DNA of 64,000 bases from an uncultured delta proteobacterium (GCA_963848295.1 CAWKDB010000010.1:2496001-2560000), one strand, 5' to 3'. Numbered from the stretch's first letter, positions 52,249-61,865 are shown. The notes: generated by a model not told the origin, from the sequence alone. Translations and numbers: made by a program.

Positions 52249-52698
52249 TCACCAGCGTTGCGCACCCGCGACCTGCCGCGTCGACACGTTGATGCGGTTG
52301 TAGAGGTTGATCACCGCGATGTCGAGCACGAGCCACGCGAGCACCGCCTCGTCGTAGTGGCGCGCGGCCTCGGCCCAGACCGGATCTGGAACGGGATCCG
52401 TTTGGTCGGCGAGCCGCGTCACGGCCTCGGTGAGCGCGAGCGCGGCGCGTTCTGCGTCGGTGAAGAACGGCGCCTCACGCCAGACTGCGACCGCGCCCAA
52501 CCGCTGCGGTGTGTCGGTGGTCTTGGTGATCTCCATGTCCACGCACGTGCTGCAGCTGTTGATCTGGCTAGCGCGGAGGTGGACGAGGCCGAGCGTCGTC
52601 GCGGGGATCGGGCTTGCGGCGAGCATCTTGCCGAGCGCCATCAACGGGGCCATCGCGTCGTTCAAGATCATCGCGGGGTTCTTCATTCGGGCTTGCAT
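52249..52698 (-). CDS. Carboxymuconolactone decarboxylase/AhpD family protein
   Basis: LVHLRASQINSCSTCVDM, WREAPFFTDAERAALALTEAVT, INLYNRIN. Confidence 0.92.
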   Translation of the reverse strand: MQARMKNPAMILNDAMAPLMALGKMLAASPIPATTLGLVHLRASQINSCSTCVDMEITKTTDTPQRLGAVAVWREAPFFTDAERAALALTEAVTRLADQTDPVPDPVWAEAARHYDEAVLAWLVLDIAVINLYNRINVSTRQVAGAQRW

Positions 52699-52763
52699 GG
52701 GTCTCCTTGTCACGTTCGGGGCGGCTCGTACGTCAGCTGTAGGACGGAACGAAAGGACTGGAT

Positions 52764-53148
52764 GTGACCAAGTCGAGAACGATCGGTTACTACGACCACG
52801 GCGATCATCGCGCTCGCGTTCCCGTCGGGCGGTGTTGCGCAGGTGTTGGGTTTCCACGAGGCCGTCGAGGGCGTCGTCAGGCTCGGCTACCCCGTCTACG
52901 TCGTGACGATCATCGGCGCGTGGAAGCTGCTCGGTGGCATCGCGGTGCTCGTGCCGCGCTTCCCACGGCTCAAGGAGTGGGCGTACGCCGGTGTGACGAT
53001 CGACCTCACCGGTGCAAGCATCTCGTCAGCCGCGAGTCACGAGTTCCGCGTGCTCCGATTCTCGTTCTCGGGCGACAAGATCGCGACCGCCGATGTGATC
53101 GCTGATCGCGCGCAGCTCGACGCGCTCGAGATCGCGACGCTCGGCTGA
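52764..53148 (+). pseudogene. Frameshifted DoxX-like gene fused to an ECF41 sigma-factor-like tail
   Basis: LGYPVY..GAWKLLG..PRLKEWAYAG, then RVLRFSFSGDKIATADVIADRAQL. Confidence 0.65.
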
Positions 53149-53228
53149 ATCGAATCTCTCACCGGCCCTGTCCGTGTAGGCGGTCGCCACATCCGGGATT
53201 TCCCTAGTCCACTCCCGCTCGGAACGCG

Positions 53229-53244
53229 AGGCACGTCGCTTGCT
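53229..53244 (+). promoter_or_regulatory. sigma54 promoter
   Basis: AGGCACGTCGCTTGCT; ATG 14 nt after the -12 C. Confidence 0.7.
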
Positions 53245-53256
53245 CGGGATCTGAGC

Positions 53257-53808
53257 ATGAGACACCTCGGCGCTCGATTCGGACTCGCGCTCGTCATCTT
53301 GCTCGTCGGCATGATGATCCTCATCGAGCTGTTGGCGCACGTCGCGCTGCCCGTGTTCCGCCTGGTCGTCGGCGTGGCGATCACCGTGATCGGGGCGCGG
53401 ATGGTGCTCGAGATCTGGAACCGGCGCAAGCTGGAACCAGCGGCCGGAGAGGCCGTGATGGCGAACCTGAATTTCTCCCAGCAGGGCGTGCTCGACCGCG
53501 ACGAGCGATTCGATGTCGTGCTCGGCAGCGGCGCGATCGATCTGACGAAGCTCGTCGAGCCGATGCGCGACGTCACGGTCACGATCGACACGTTGTTCGG
53601 CCGCGCGATCGTCAAGCTGCCTGCGACGGTCGCCTACGACGTCGAGGGCAGTGCCACGTTCGGGCAAGTGCGGCTGCCGGATCGCAGCGCCACCGCGACC
53701 GGGACGATCGAATACACGCCGCGCCGCGATCATCCGCCGCACCTCCACCTCCGCCTGCACGCGGTGTTCGGTGCGTGTCAGGTGATCGAGGCGACCGCCG
53801 CGGCTTGA
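53257..53808 (+). CDS. LiaF/DUF2154-like membrane protein
   Basis: Two TM helices, then VVLGSGAIDLT..TLFG..ATFG..AVFG repeats. Confidence 0.75.
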   Translation: MRHLGARFGLALVILLVGMMILIELLAHVALPVFRLVVGVAITVIGARMVLEIWNRRKLEPAAGEAVMANLNFSQQGVLDRDERFDVVLGSGAIDLTKLVEPMRDVTVTIDTLFGRAIVKLPATVAYDVEGSATFGQVRLPDRSATATGTIEYTPRRDHPPHLHLRLHAVFGACQVIEATAAA

Positions 53809-53858
53809 GTGTGCGGGCTATCTGCACACTGTCGCGCACGCGCGCGTGACTCATCCGC

Positions 53859-54293
53859 TCACCGGACGACGAGCACCGCACACGGGGCGTGGCGCACGAC
53901 GCGCTCGGCGACCGAGCCGAGCAAGATGTGCTTGATTCCGGTGCGGCCGTGGGTCCCGAGGATCGCGAGATCGAAGGTCGGGTCGGCGCGCAGGTACTCG
54001 ACGATCTCGTGCCACGGAATCCCGGTCGCGACGTGCGTCGACACGAGCTTGGCGCCGGTGCCCTCTGCCTCGTGCCGCCATTCCTCGAGCGCGGCGGTCG
54101 CTCCCTCGACGATCGCGGGCGCCAATTCCTCGAAAGGATATTGCGGACCCTCCGCGTAGAACCGCGTTCCCGCGACCACGTTCATCAACACGAGCGGAGC
54201 GCCCGTGTCCGCAGCCATCGCCGCTCCGACCTCGAAGGCGCGCCTCGACGGCGCGGAGAAATCGATCGGCACCAACAACTTCTTGAATCTCAC
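53859..54293 (-). CDS. Universal stress protein
   Basis: KKLLVPIDFS, GTHGRTG, LLGSVAERVVRHAPCAVLVV. Confidence 0.95.
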   Translation of the reverse strand: MRFKKLLVPIDFSAPSRRAFEVGAAMAADTGAPLVLMNVVAGTRFYAEGPQYPFEELAPAIVEGATAALEEWRHEAEGTGAKLVSTHVATGIPWHEIVEYLRADPTFDLAILGTHGRTGIKHILLGSVAERVVRHAPCAVLVVR

Positions 54294-54305
54294 ATTCGAC
54301 AGCGA

Positions 54306-54321
54306 TGCATTGCATGTGCCG
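54306..54321 (-). promoter_or_regulatory. sigma54 promoter
   Basis: CGGCACATGCAATGCA; GTG 14 nt after the -12 C. Confidence 0.7.
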
Positions 54322-54335
54322 ACCGACGAGCGGGC

Positions 54336-56006
54336 TCATCGTCGCCACACCCCGATCACGCGCGGCGCGCCCGATTCGAGATCGCGGGCGACGTGCACCA
54401 CGGTCTCGCCGGTGAAGCCCGGGCGCGAGGTCACGATGCGCGCGATGGTGTAGTCGTAGCGATCGCCGGCGAGCTCGAGCGGCGCGCACGTGCGGCCGGC
54501 TGGCCGAGCGGCGATAACGACCGCGGGATCGAGCGGGTGCGCATGGAAGTCGTACGTCGAGATCGCGTAGCGCATGGTCGCGGCCGGCGCGATGCCGTAG
54601 ACGATCGCCAGGTCGTCGAAGCACAGGTCGTGCGCGCCCGAGCTCGAGTCGATCGCGAAGTTGTCGAGCGGATTCACGCGCGCGAACCAGTGGGCGATCG
54701 TCACGCGTTGTCGCGCGACGAGCGTGTCCGTGATGTAGTCGATCGCGCGCGGGTCGGAGAATCGCCCGGCTTCGACCGCGGCGCGGATCTGTGCACGGGT
54801 GAAGCGCGCGATGATCTTCGCGCCCCAGTACTTGTCGAATCGGTCGGAGATGATGAACGGAGTGTACGTCGCCAGATCCATGTGCCAGCGCTCGGGATCG
54901 TAGATCCGGGCCTCGAACATCGCCGCGACGCCGCGAAGCTCTGGCGCGACGCGCTCCTCCCATGGCCGGCCGGCGAAGCCGAGCGTGAACAGCTGGCGCA
55001 ACATCTCGCCGAAGTCGACCCGGAAGGCGAAGCCACGCCACCAGTCGTGATCGGTGGCCGCCATCGCGCCGAGGCTCATGCCGAAGTCCACCGCGTAGTG
55101 CTTGACGTAGTGGCGGTTCGGGTTCTTCGGGTCGGCGACCCAGGTGTCGACGTACTGGGCCTCGGTGACATCGACCGCGTCGAGCCACGCGAAGATCGCG
55201 GCCTGGCCGCGCAGATCGCGCCGCAGCTCGTGCGGAATCCGGTCGTTCGGATCATCGCGGCGCACGCCGATGCCCGGAGGACCGCCGAGCGTCTTGCCAT
55301 CGATCCAGCGCGAGACCATGACCCGGATCCTGCCATCGGGCTCGTGGTGGACCTTTTCGAGATCGCGCGCGAGCTCGGCGCGGCCCAGCCGACGCTCGTG
55401 GTCTCCGTGGATGCCTTTGACGCTCGCGTCGCGCTCGAGCACGAGATCGTCGGGGCGGATGTAGACGACCTGATCCTCGGCCACGTTGTAGCCGCACGCC
55501 CAGAGCAAGCGGTCCACGACGACGTCGGTGCCGGTCTCGACTTCGGGCGGGTTGGCGATCGCGTCGAACTTCACCACGTACTTGACGCCGGTCGAGTCCT
55601 TGACGATGAAGCCGAGGCTGTTGCCGCCGACCTTCGTGCTGTGGATCGTCCATGGCAGATGGCGCTCGGGGTTGTCGGTGACCGGCCCGTCGCGAACCTC
55701 GTCGGGCGTCAGCGCGAACACCCCGATGCGATTGGTGAACCACGTGGAGTCGGGGACCTCGTCGAGCGCATTGACGCCGAGCGCGCGGTGCGGTTGCCGC
55801 AGCTCGAACGCGCGCGCGATCGGCTGCGCGATCACGCCGTCGTACGCGTAGACGTCGGGCGAGAACTCGCGAGTCGCCGGCGGCTTGGGAACGTCGAGGC
55901 GGTCGTCGACCCTCGTCGCGGCCGGCGCGTCGGCAAAGCGCGGGGCGGGCACCGCGACGGCGGCGCCGCAGCCCGCGAGCGCGGTGGACCATAGCCACGA
56001 CCTCAT
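54336..56006 (-). CDS. Lipoprotein with atypical protein/lipid kinase-like motifs
   Basis: Lipobox LAGC; KVGGNSLGF, YVVKFD, PEVE, WLDAVDVTEAQ, AVDFG. Confidence 0.7.
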   Translation of the reverse strand: MRSWLWSTALAGCGAAVAVPAPRFADAPAATRVDDRLDVPKPPATREFSPDVYAYDGVIAQPIARAFELRQPHRALGVNALDEVPDSTWFTNRIGVFALTPDEVRDGPVTDNPERHLPWTIHSTKVGGNSLGFIVKDSTGVKYVVKFDAIANPPEVETGTDVVVDRLLWACGYNVAEDQVVYIRPDDLVLERDASVKGIHGDHERRLGRAELARDLEKVHHEPDGRIRVMVSRWIDGKTLGGPPGIGVRRDDPNDRIPHELRRDLRGQAAIFAWLDAVDVTEAQYVDTWVADPKNPNRHYVKHYAVDFGMSLGAMAATDHDWWRGFAFRVDFGEMLRQLFTLGFAGRPWEERVAPELRGVAAMFEARIYDPERWHMDLATYTPFIISDRFDKYWGAKIIARFTRAQIRAAVEAGRFSDPRAIDYITDTLVARQRVTIAHWFARVNPLDNFAIDSSSGAHDLCFDDLAIVYGIAPAATMRYAISTYDFHAHPLDPAVVIAARPAGRTCAPLELAGDRYDYTIARIVTSRPGFTGETVVHVARDLESGAPRVIGVWRR

Positions 56007-57424
56007 CGCCACCTCGGCTCGGCGTCGAGTACCGGGCTGACCGAGACGCTCGCGAACACACCGCCATCGGTCGAGCTCGCGAGATCGGCGGAGAGCTCGA
56101 AGTCGCCTTGCTCGCCATGCAGCTCGAGACCGACGCCGTAGCCGACGCGAGGATGGTCGATCGACAGGTCCTCGATCGAAGGGAAGACGCGGCCGACGTC
56201 CGCGAAGACATGTGCATCGATGAAGTGCGAGAGGTCCCACTGGTACTCGAACGACGCGAGCGCCGCGACGCGATCGCGAAACCGTTCGAACGCGTAGCCG
56301 CGGAGAAACTCGCCCCCACCCAGGGTAGGCAGCTCGCTGAACGGCACTTGCGCGAGCGAGCCGGTCACCGCATCGAGCCGGAACCGCGCGATGATCACGC
56401 GCGGCCCATTCGCGATCGGCCAGAAGTGCTGGAGCTCGGCGCCGTAGCGCCAGAAGTCGGCTTCGCCGTCGAAGCCGTCGACGCGGCCCGCGTAGGCTGC
56501 CACGAGTGAACCGGCGGCGTGGATGCCGCGTGGCTCCCAGAGCGAACGCTGCCGCCGCGTATCCCAACGCAGCTCGAGCTGGCCGTACGCGTGGCGGACG
56601 CCGGCTCGAAAACCGACGAGGTCAGCGGCGTCGTACACATCGCCGATCGGGGGGCCGGTCGTGCTCGTCGCGAAGCGCAGATCCGCTAGCGAACCGGTCG
56701 CGATCACGTGCAAGTGGAGCGGCAGTCGCGCGTCGCCGATCAGGGCGAGCCGCACTTCCTGGTAGCGATAGTACGTCTCGACTGCGGTGTCGTCGATCTG
56801 CGGATCGACGGCGGACGGCGGCGGCTCGTGCAGATTGCCATTGCCGATGCCATCGAACGGGTCCGACGGGCGACGGTCGAAGCTCGCGTCGATCCCGAGC
56901 TCGAACCAGTGCGAGATGCGATCGCCGCTGCGGAACGACACCAGCGCTCCTTCGCGATAGTGCTCGCCGAGCACCGCACCGGTCGTGGCCTGCACGGCGA
57001 GGCGCTCGTGCTCGCCGAACAGATCGAGATCCTCGAATCGCATACCGACGTCGGCGCCGAAACCGGTCGCGTACGTCGCGGTCGGGAACAGCCCGATCGT
57101 CCGCGCGGCGTTGAAGAACGTGCGGTAGTAGAGATCGACGATGTCGTAGTGGTCGTTGACCCACGCGAGCCCATGTATCGGCGACACCGCCGCGTCGAGC
57201 AAGAGCTTCGGCAGGAACAGCAGGCCTCGCGCCACGACGCGGACCACACCGTCGTGCGAGTCGTCGTGATCGATCCGGCCGCTCTCGTTGCCGGGCAGCG
57301 GCGCGGCCGCGACGTCGGCGGCGGTGAGCTCGGCGGCGCGCATCGGCGCCACGGTCGGCGGTGGAGCTGCCATCGCAGAGGCCGAGCACGCGACCACGGC
57401 TGTGGCCCCGAGCCCGGCGATCAT
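56003..57424 (-). CDS. Omp85 (BamA/TamA) family barrel lacking an obvious POTRA domain
   Basis: Signal peptide; DLFG, WDTR, LGGGEFLRGYAFERFRD (loop-6 RGY), FADVGRV, VGYGVGL. Confidence 0.85.
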   Translation of the reverse strand: MIAGLGATAVVACSASAMAAPPPTVAPMRAAELTAADVAAAPLPGNESGRIDHDDSHDGVVRVVARGLLFLPKLLLDAAVSPIHGLAWVNDHYDIVDLYYRTFFNAARTIGLFPTATYATGFGADVGMRFEDLDLFGEHERLAVQATTGAVLGEHYREGALVSFRSGDRISHWFELGIDASFDRRPSDPFDGIGNGNLHEPPPSAVDPQIDDTAVETYYRYQEVRLALIGDARLPLHLHVIATGSLADLRFATSTTGPPIGDVYDAADLVGFRAGVRHAYGQLELRWDTRRQRSLWEPRGIHAAGSLVAAYAGRVDGFDGEADFWRYGAELQHFWPIANGPRVIIARFRLDAVTGSLAQVPFSELPTLGGGEFLRGYAFERFRDRVAALASFEYQWDLSHFIDAHVFADVGRVFPSIEDLSIDHPRVGYGVGLELHGEQGDFELSADLASSTDGGVFASVSVSPVLDAEPRWR

Positions 57425-58800
57425 CGCGCGGGGGCTCCGGCCGCGACCCGGCTGAGTGCGCGATGCCGACGAGCGAGCCGCCATGCGACCCCGATCCACA
57501 GCGCGACCAGGCCGATGTTGAGCACCGCGAGGCCGCGGATCGTGTTCGGAAGCTCGCGTACGCTCAACCACACGAACAGCGCCGATACCGCGTCGGCGGC
57601 GCGTACGACGAACGTGTCGATCGCGGCCTTGGCCTTGTACTTCATCGCGCGGTCGGTCGGCAGGAACAGCGTTTGCCGGACGGTGTTCTGGATCGAGTAG
57701 TTGGCCGCGTTCTCGGTCGCCTTGGCCACTCCGACCAGCGCGATGCTCGTCAGCACGGCGATCGCTCCGTACGCGCCGAACGCGATCACCGGCATCACGA
57801 ACAGCGCGCGCCCGACCCCGAACTTCTCGATGATCCGCGACACCACGAACGCCTGCACGAGCAGCGAGACCACGTTCACCCACAGAAAGAACTGGCCGTA
57901 GAACGCCTTGATCACGTCCTGGCGATCGGCCGTGATCGCCGCCGCGCGAGCAGCACCGGCGAGATCCGCGTGCGCGGTCGCCGGCACGAGGTGCTCGGCG
58001 TGCGAGATGGCGGCGCTCGACAGGATGAACTCGCCGTTGGTCTTGACCAACTCGGATACGAGCACGAGCCCCGCGATCAGCAGCAGATAGCGATGACGCA
58101 CGATGAGCGTCACCGCGGGCTTGCCGTCGATCGGAGCATTCGCGCGCTGGCGCGCGGGATCGTCTCGATCGCCGATGTGCTCGACGACGTTGAAGACCGC
58201 GACGCAACCGATCAGCAGCACCGCGGCAAATGGCAGGAGCGTGTAGGTCGTCACGAAGCTGGCGAGCGCGGGGCCGACGACCGCGCCGAGCGAAGCGCCG
58301 ATCCCGATGAGCGCGAACAGCCGGTTGCCCTGCTCCTCGGTGTAGAGGTCGTTCGCGTAGGACCAGAACTGCGCGATCAGGAACATGTTGACGATGCCGA
58401 GCCACACGAAGAACGCCAGGCCGATCGGCACGCCGCTGCGCGCGACCGCGTACAACGCGACGAGACAGCCGATCACGATCGCGTAGGACACGTTGATCAG
58501 CCGGATCCGGCGCACGCGGTTCGCGAGCGCGTCGTACGCGGGGACCAGCGCGACGAGCAGCACCGCCATCGCACCACCGGAGTACGACTTGAGCTCCGCG
58601 CCCCGTAGCCCGAACGTTCCGCCGGTAAGGATCAGCGCCTCGCGTGCGGTCTTCATCAAGTAATAGCTGGTCAGGATCAGGAACACGCACGACAGCAACA
58701 GCAGCGCACGAAGCCCCTCGCCGGCATGGACCTTGGTGATCCGCCGCAACATCCATTCGAGCCGCGTCGCGGATCCGGCGACCATGAGCGGCGTCGACAT
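57421..58800 (-). CDS. NTT/TLC family nucleotide transporter (ATP/ADP translocase-like, MFS)
   Basis: About 12 TM helices; YYLMKTARE, QFWSYANDLY..EQGNRLFALIG.GASLG, YSIQNTVRQTLFLP..KYKAKAAIDTF. Confidence 0.88.
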   Translation of the reverse strand: MSTPLMVAGSATRLEWMLRRITKVHAGEGLRALLLLSCVFLILTSYYLMKTAREALILTGGTFGLRGAELKSYSGGAMAVLLVALVPAYDALANRVRRIRLINVSYAIVIGCLVALYAVARSGVPIGLAFFVWLGIVNMFLIAQFWSYANDLYTEEQGNRLFALIGIGASLGAVVGPALASFVTTYTLLPFAAVLLIGCVAVFNVVEHIGDRDDPARQRANAPIDGKPAVTLIVRHRYLLLIAGLVLVSELVKTNGEFILSSAAISHAEHLVPATAHADLAGAARAAAITADRQDVIKAFYGQFFLWVNVVSLLVQAFVVSRIIEKFGVGRALFVMPVIAFGAYGAIAVLTSIALVGVAKATENAANYSIQNTVRQTLFLPTDRAMKYKAKAAIDTFVVRAADAVSALFVWLSVRELPNTIRGLAVLNIGLVALWIGVAWRLARRHRALSRVAAGAPAR

Positions 58801-58815
58801 GACCAGACGAATGAA

Positions 58816-58831
58816 AGCAAAGCCTGTGCCC
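58816..58831 (-). promoter_or_regulatory. sigma54 promoter of the NTT operon
   Basis: GGGCACAGGCTTTGCT on the minus strand; ATG 17 nt after the -12 C. Confidence 0.65.
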
Positions 58832-58889
58832 TGGGCCCTCACGCTCTCCGAGGAAGTCGTATCCGCGGCTCGACATCGTGTTCGCTCGC

Positions 58890-59160
58890 GCACTCGAGCG
58901 AGCCGAAATTACTTGTGGATGGTGTCGGGCGAGAACTTCGGTGTGCTCGACGACCACGATCCGAGCTCGCACCACCTGACGTCGACCGGCCGCCGTTCAT
59001 CACGATCTCGCCGAACGCGAAGCGCGGGTTCGTCTCGCAGGTCGACTACGACACCACGTCGTATCTCGAGACGGTCGAGATGCTACTCGGCGTGGCGCCG
59101 CTACCATGCTCGACGGTTGCCTCGACGGTCGCGCCGATGGCCGACCTGTTCACGCTTCCG
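58890..59160 (+). pseudogene. Phosphoesterase (acid phosphatase-like) remnant, internally deleted
   Basis: HSSEP/NYLWMVSGENFG..DHDP joined to PFITISPNAKRGFVSQVDY..SYLETVEMLLG..MADLF. Confidence 0.6.
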
Positions 59161-59225
59161 CTCACCCCGGCGGCCGGAGCGCGCAACGCCGCCGCTGCAG
59201 CGACGCGGACCGAGCCGCCGCACGC

Positions 59226-59759
59226 TCAGCCCGCGGCCTGGTAGCTGAGCTTTTGTCCACTCACCGATAGCTCGACCATCGCGCCACCCAGCGGCACCTC
59301 GAACACGGCGACGCCGTCCGCGAAGCGCGCCTCGGCCGCGGCGCCGGCGGTGAGCGCGACCGCCGAAGCGTCGGCCCCGAGCTGGAACGTCCCCGCCTTC
59401 AGTCGATCGATCGCGTACTGGTCGCGAAACACGACCAACTCGGCGGCGCTCTCCGCGCCGATCTGCGCGCCGAACGAGCCCTGGGTCAGTTGCAGGTAGC
59501 CGTCCGCCACGCCGTGGTCGAACAGCACGCCGCGACCCCACGCAGCCCCGACCGCAAAGCCGGCTTTTCCGATGTCCGGAAACACCGCATAGCCGGCCGA
59601 GTGCGCCAGCAGATCGTGCAGCCCAGGATCGCGAGCGTTCATGTCACCGACGGTGGCGAGAGCGCGCGCCTCGAGACTCTGGCGCTCAGAGACGGTCCGC
59701 GGTGCGGTCGCGCAACCCGCCACTGCGGCGAATGCACACAATGAAAGCAGCTTTGACAT
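59226..59759 (-). CDS. YSC84/SYLF domain lipoprotein
   Basis: Lipobox VAGC; AVFPDIGKAGFAVGAAWGRG, SFGAQIG, GADASAVA, GQK. Confidence 0.9.
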   Translation of the reverse strand: MSKLLSLCAFAAVAGCATAPRTVSERQSLEARALATVGDMNARDPGLHDLLAHSAGYAVFPDIGKAGFAVGAAWGRGVLFDHGVADGYLQLTQGSFGAQIGAESAAELVVFRDQYAIDRLKAGTFQLGADASAVALTAGAAAEARFADGVAVFEVPLGGAMVELSVSGQKLSYQAAG

Positions 59760-59786
59760 GGCGTACCTCTTTGCTCCTCACGCTCA

Positions 59787-59802
59787 TGCATCACGCCTGC
59801 CG
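59787..59802 (-). promoter_or_regulatory. sigma54 promoter (leftward)
   Basis: CGGCAGGCGTGATGCA. Confidence 0.55.
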
Positions 59803-59811
59803 ACCCGAGCG

Positions 59812-59827
59812 AGGCACGTCGCATGCA
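59812..59827 (+). promoter_or_regulatory. sigma54 promoter (rightward)
   Basis: AGGCACGTCGCATGCA; ATG 14 nt after the -12 C. Confidence 0.65.
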
Positions 59828-59839
59828 CATCCAGCGGCC

Positions 59840-60256
59840 ATGGAAGACATCCACGCAACGGCCGCACAACGAGTTGGCAGTCTGGTCGCGTTCGTCGAGG
59901 CTTGCTTGCTTGCATTCATCGCCTCGCTCCACTTCGGATTCGAATTGACGCTCGGTAATACGACATTCGCGTTTCCGTTCTTGTATCCAGCCGCGATCGT
60001 CGAAGCGGTGCTCGCGTGCGCGTTGCTCCTCGCCGTGATCTTGCCGGGCCGAGGTCCGGTCCGCGCCGGACGCGTGCTCGCGGCGCAGATCCTCGTGGTG
60101 GTCGGCATCTTCGCCGAGCAGGTCGCGTTGATGCGCGGCTCGAGCTTGGTGACGACGCGCAACGAATTCATCTACGGCGTGGTCCTCGTGCTCGCGCTCG
60201 CGAGCATCGCCTTGCTCGCGTCGCCGTCGTACCGGCGCCCTCCGGTAACGCGCTGA
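59840..60256 (+). CDS. Four-TM membrane protein
   Basis: Four hydrophobic helices. Confidence 0.7.
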   Translation: MEDIHATAAQRVGSLVAFVEACLLAFIASLHFGFELTLGNTTFAFPFLYPAAIVEAVLACALLLAVILPGRGPVRAGRVLAAQILVVVGIFAEQVALMRGSSLVTTRNEFIYGVVLVLALASIALLASPSYRRPPVTR

Positions 60257-60635
60257 ACCATGCCCCGCTGGAGTGTGACCGGGGCGCATCCTGCGCGCAG
60301 TCGCTGCGCGATCGGGCACACCGCATCGGCTTCACCGATGGCGACAAGCGCCATCGCGGCCGATCCTTCGCGGTGGTCTCTTCGTTGCATCGCGTCGCGA
60401 GCTCATGCCGGTCAAGCGCGTTCCACCACCGCCGAATCCATGGTCATCGCGCCGCACGCACCAAGACGCGACGTGTGTCGCGACGTCCCTGCAAGCGCTC
60501 ATGCGGCTCGAGGACCGATCGAGCGTGACCGTCGTGCTTGCCGGCGAGTACGCGAAGAATCCGGAGATCGCACGCGTGCTCGGCGAGCTGTTCCCATCGG
60601 CGCGGATCGAACGCGAGGTGCGCGCTCAGCGAGCC

Positions 60636-60651
60636 CGGCATATCGATTGCT
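60636..60651 (+). promoter_or_regulatory. sigma54 promoter
   Basis: CGGCATATCGATTGCT, then GGAGG and ATG 60686. Confidence 0.7.
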
Positions 60652-60685
60652 TGAGACATCGCAAACTCGATCCACGGAGGCAGTC

Positions 60686-61627
60686 ATGAAAGCGGCGCGC
60701 ATCGCGAAGTACGGGCATGAAGACGTCGTGCACCTCGTCGACATCGATCGACCGGCACCCGGCCGAGGCCAGGTCTTGCTCGAGGTCCACGCCTCGAGCA
60801 TCAACCCGGTGGATATCGCGACCCGCGAGGGCCGCATGAAGGGCGTGCACGACGTCGAGCTACCGATGACGCTCGGCGTCGATGTCGCCGGGGTCGTCAC
60901 CGAGCTCGGACCGGGAACCACGGAGCTCTCGGTCGGCGACGAGGTCTACGGATCGGCGTCGGTCACCTCGGGCGGTAGCGGGGCGTTCGCCGAGTATGCG
61001 ACGGCTCCCGTCGAGACGCTCGCGAAGAAGCCACACAGCCTGCGCTTCGTCGAAGCGGCCGCCGTCGCACTCACCGGCGTGAGCGCCGTGCAGGCGCTCC
61101 AGGACCATCTCAAGCTGCAGCGCGGTCAGCGGATCCTGATCCATGGAGCCGCCGGTGGCATCGGCACGGTCGCGGTACAACTCGCGAAGCACCTCGGCGC
61201 GCAAGTCACCGCGACGGCGACGGGCGATGGCATCGATTATGTCCGGCGGCTCCACGCCGGCGCGGTGATCGACTACAAGGCGAACGACTTCGAGGGCGAT
61301 GGTGCTCGTTACGATGCGATCCTCGACACGATCGGTGACGAGACCTACACCCGATCGTTCGCGGTGTTGAAGCCGGGTGGGACGATCGTCTCGCTCAAGC
61401 ATCCGGTCGATGCGAAGCTGATGTCGCGACACGCGGTCAAGGCGTTGTTCATGCAGACGCGCGTGACGACGAAGACGCTCGATATCCTGCGCACGCTCGT
61501 CGAGGAGCGGATCGTCCACGTCCATGTCGAGAGGACGTTCCCCCTCGAACGGATCGGTGCAGCGTTCATCGCCAAGGAGCGTGGCCACTTCCACGGCAAG
61601 ATCGGCATCGAGGTACCGACGCGGTAG
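60686..61627 (+). CDS. NADP-dependent MDR/quinone oxidoreductase
   Basis: SINPVD, LGVDVAG, GAFAEY, ILIHGAAGGIG, VIDY, GKI. Confidence 0.93.
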   Translation: MKAARIAKYGHEDVVHLVDIDRPAPGRGQVLLEVHASSINPVDIATREGRMKGVHDVELPMTLGVDVAGVVTELGPGTTELSVGDEVYGSASVTSGGSGAFAEYATAPVETLAKKPHSLRFVEAAAVALTGVSAVQALQDHLKLQRGQRILIHGAAGGIGTVAVQLAKHLGAQVTATATGDGIDYVRRLHAGAVIDYKANDFEGDGARYDAILDTIGDETYTRSFAVLKPGGTIVSLKHPVDAKLMSRHAVKALFMQTRVTTKTLDILRTLVEERIVHVHVERTFPLERIGAAFIAKERGHFHGKIGIEVPTR

Positions 61628-61865
61628 CGCGGGAGCGTGCGTCTCACCGTGTGCGCTCGCGCGCAGCGTGACGCGCGCGAACGCTCCCGAGCGTCGCTCG
61701 CGGGCTAGTGCAGTGTCACGAACGCGACCGCGCCACCGAGCGCGACGACGCCAGCCCCGACCCCTCGACCATCTCGTACCAGTGTCCCGCGCCGGGCATC
61801 CGGATCAAGCTGGCGACGAGAAGTCATGTTGCCGCGCCGACCCGACGCGCTGCTATCGTCGAGGG

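Noticed and set aside
56003..58975. 990-aa ORF as an NTT-Omp85 fusion
   Set aside because: The upstream part is an off-frame shadow of the NTT gene; the barrel has its own ATG at 57424 and a signal peptide.
60405..60689. 94-aa ORF upstream of the oxidoreductase
   Set aside because: Partly protein-like, but no clear start or family, and it overlaps a promoter; not supportable.
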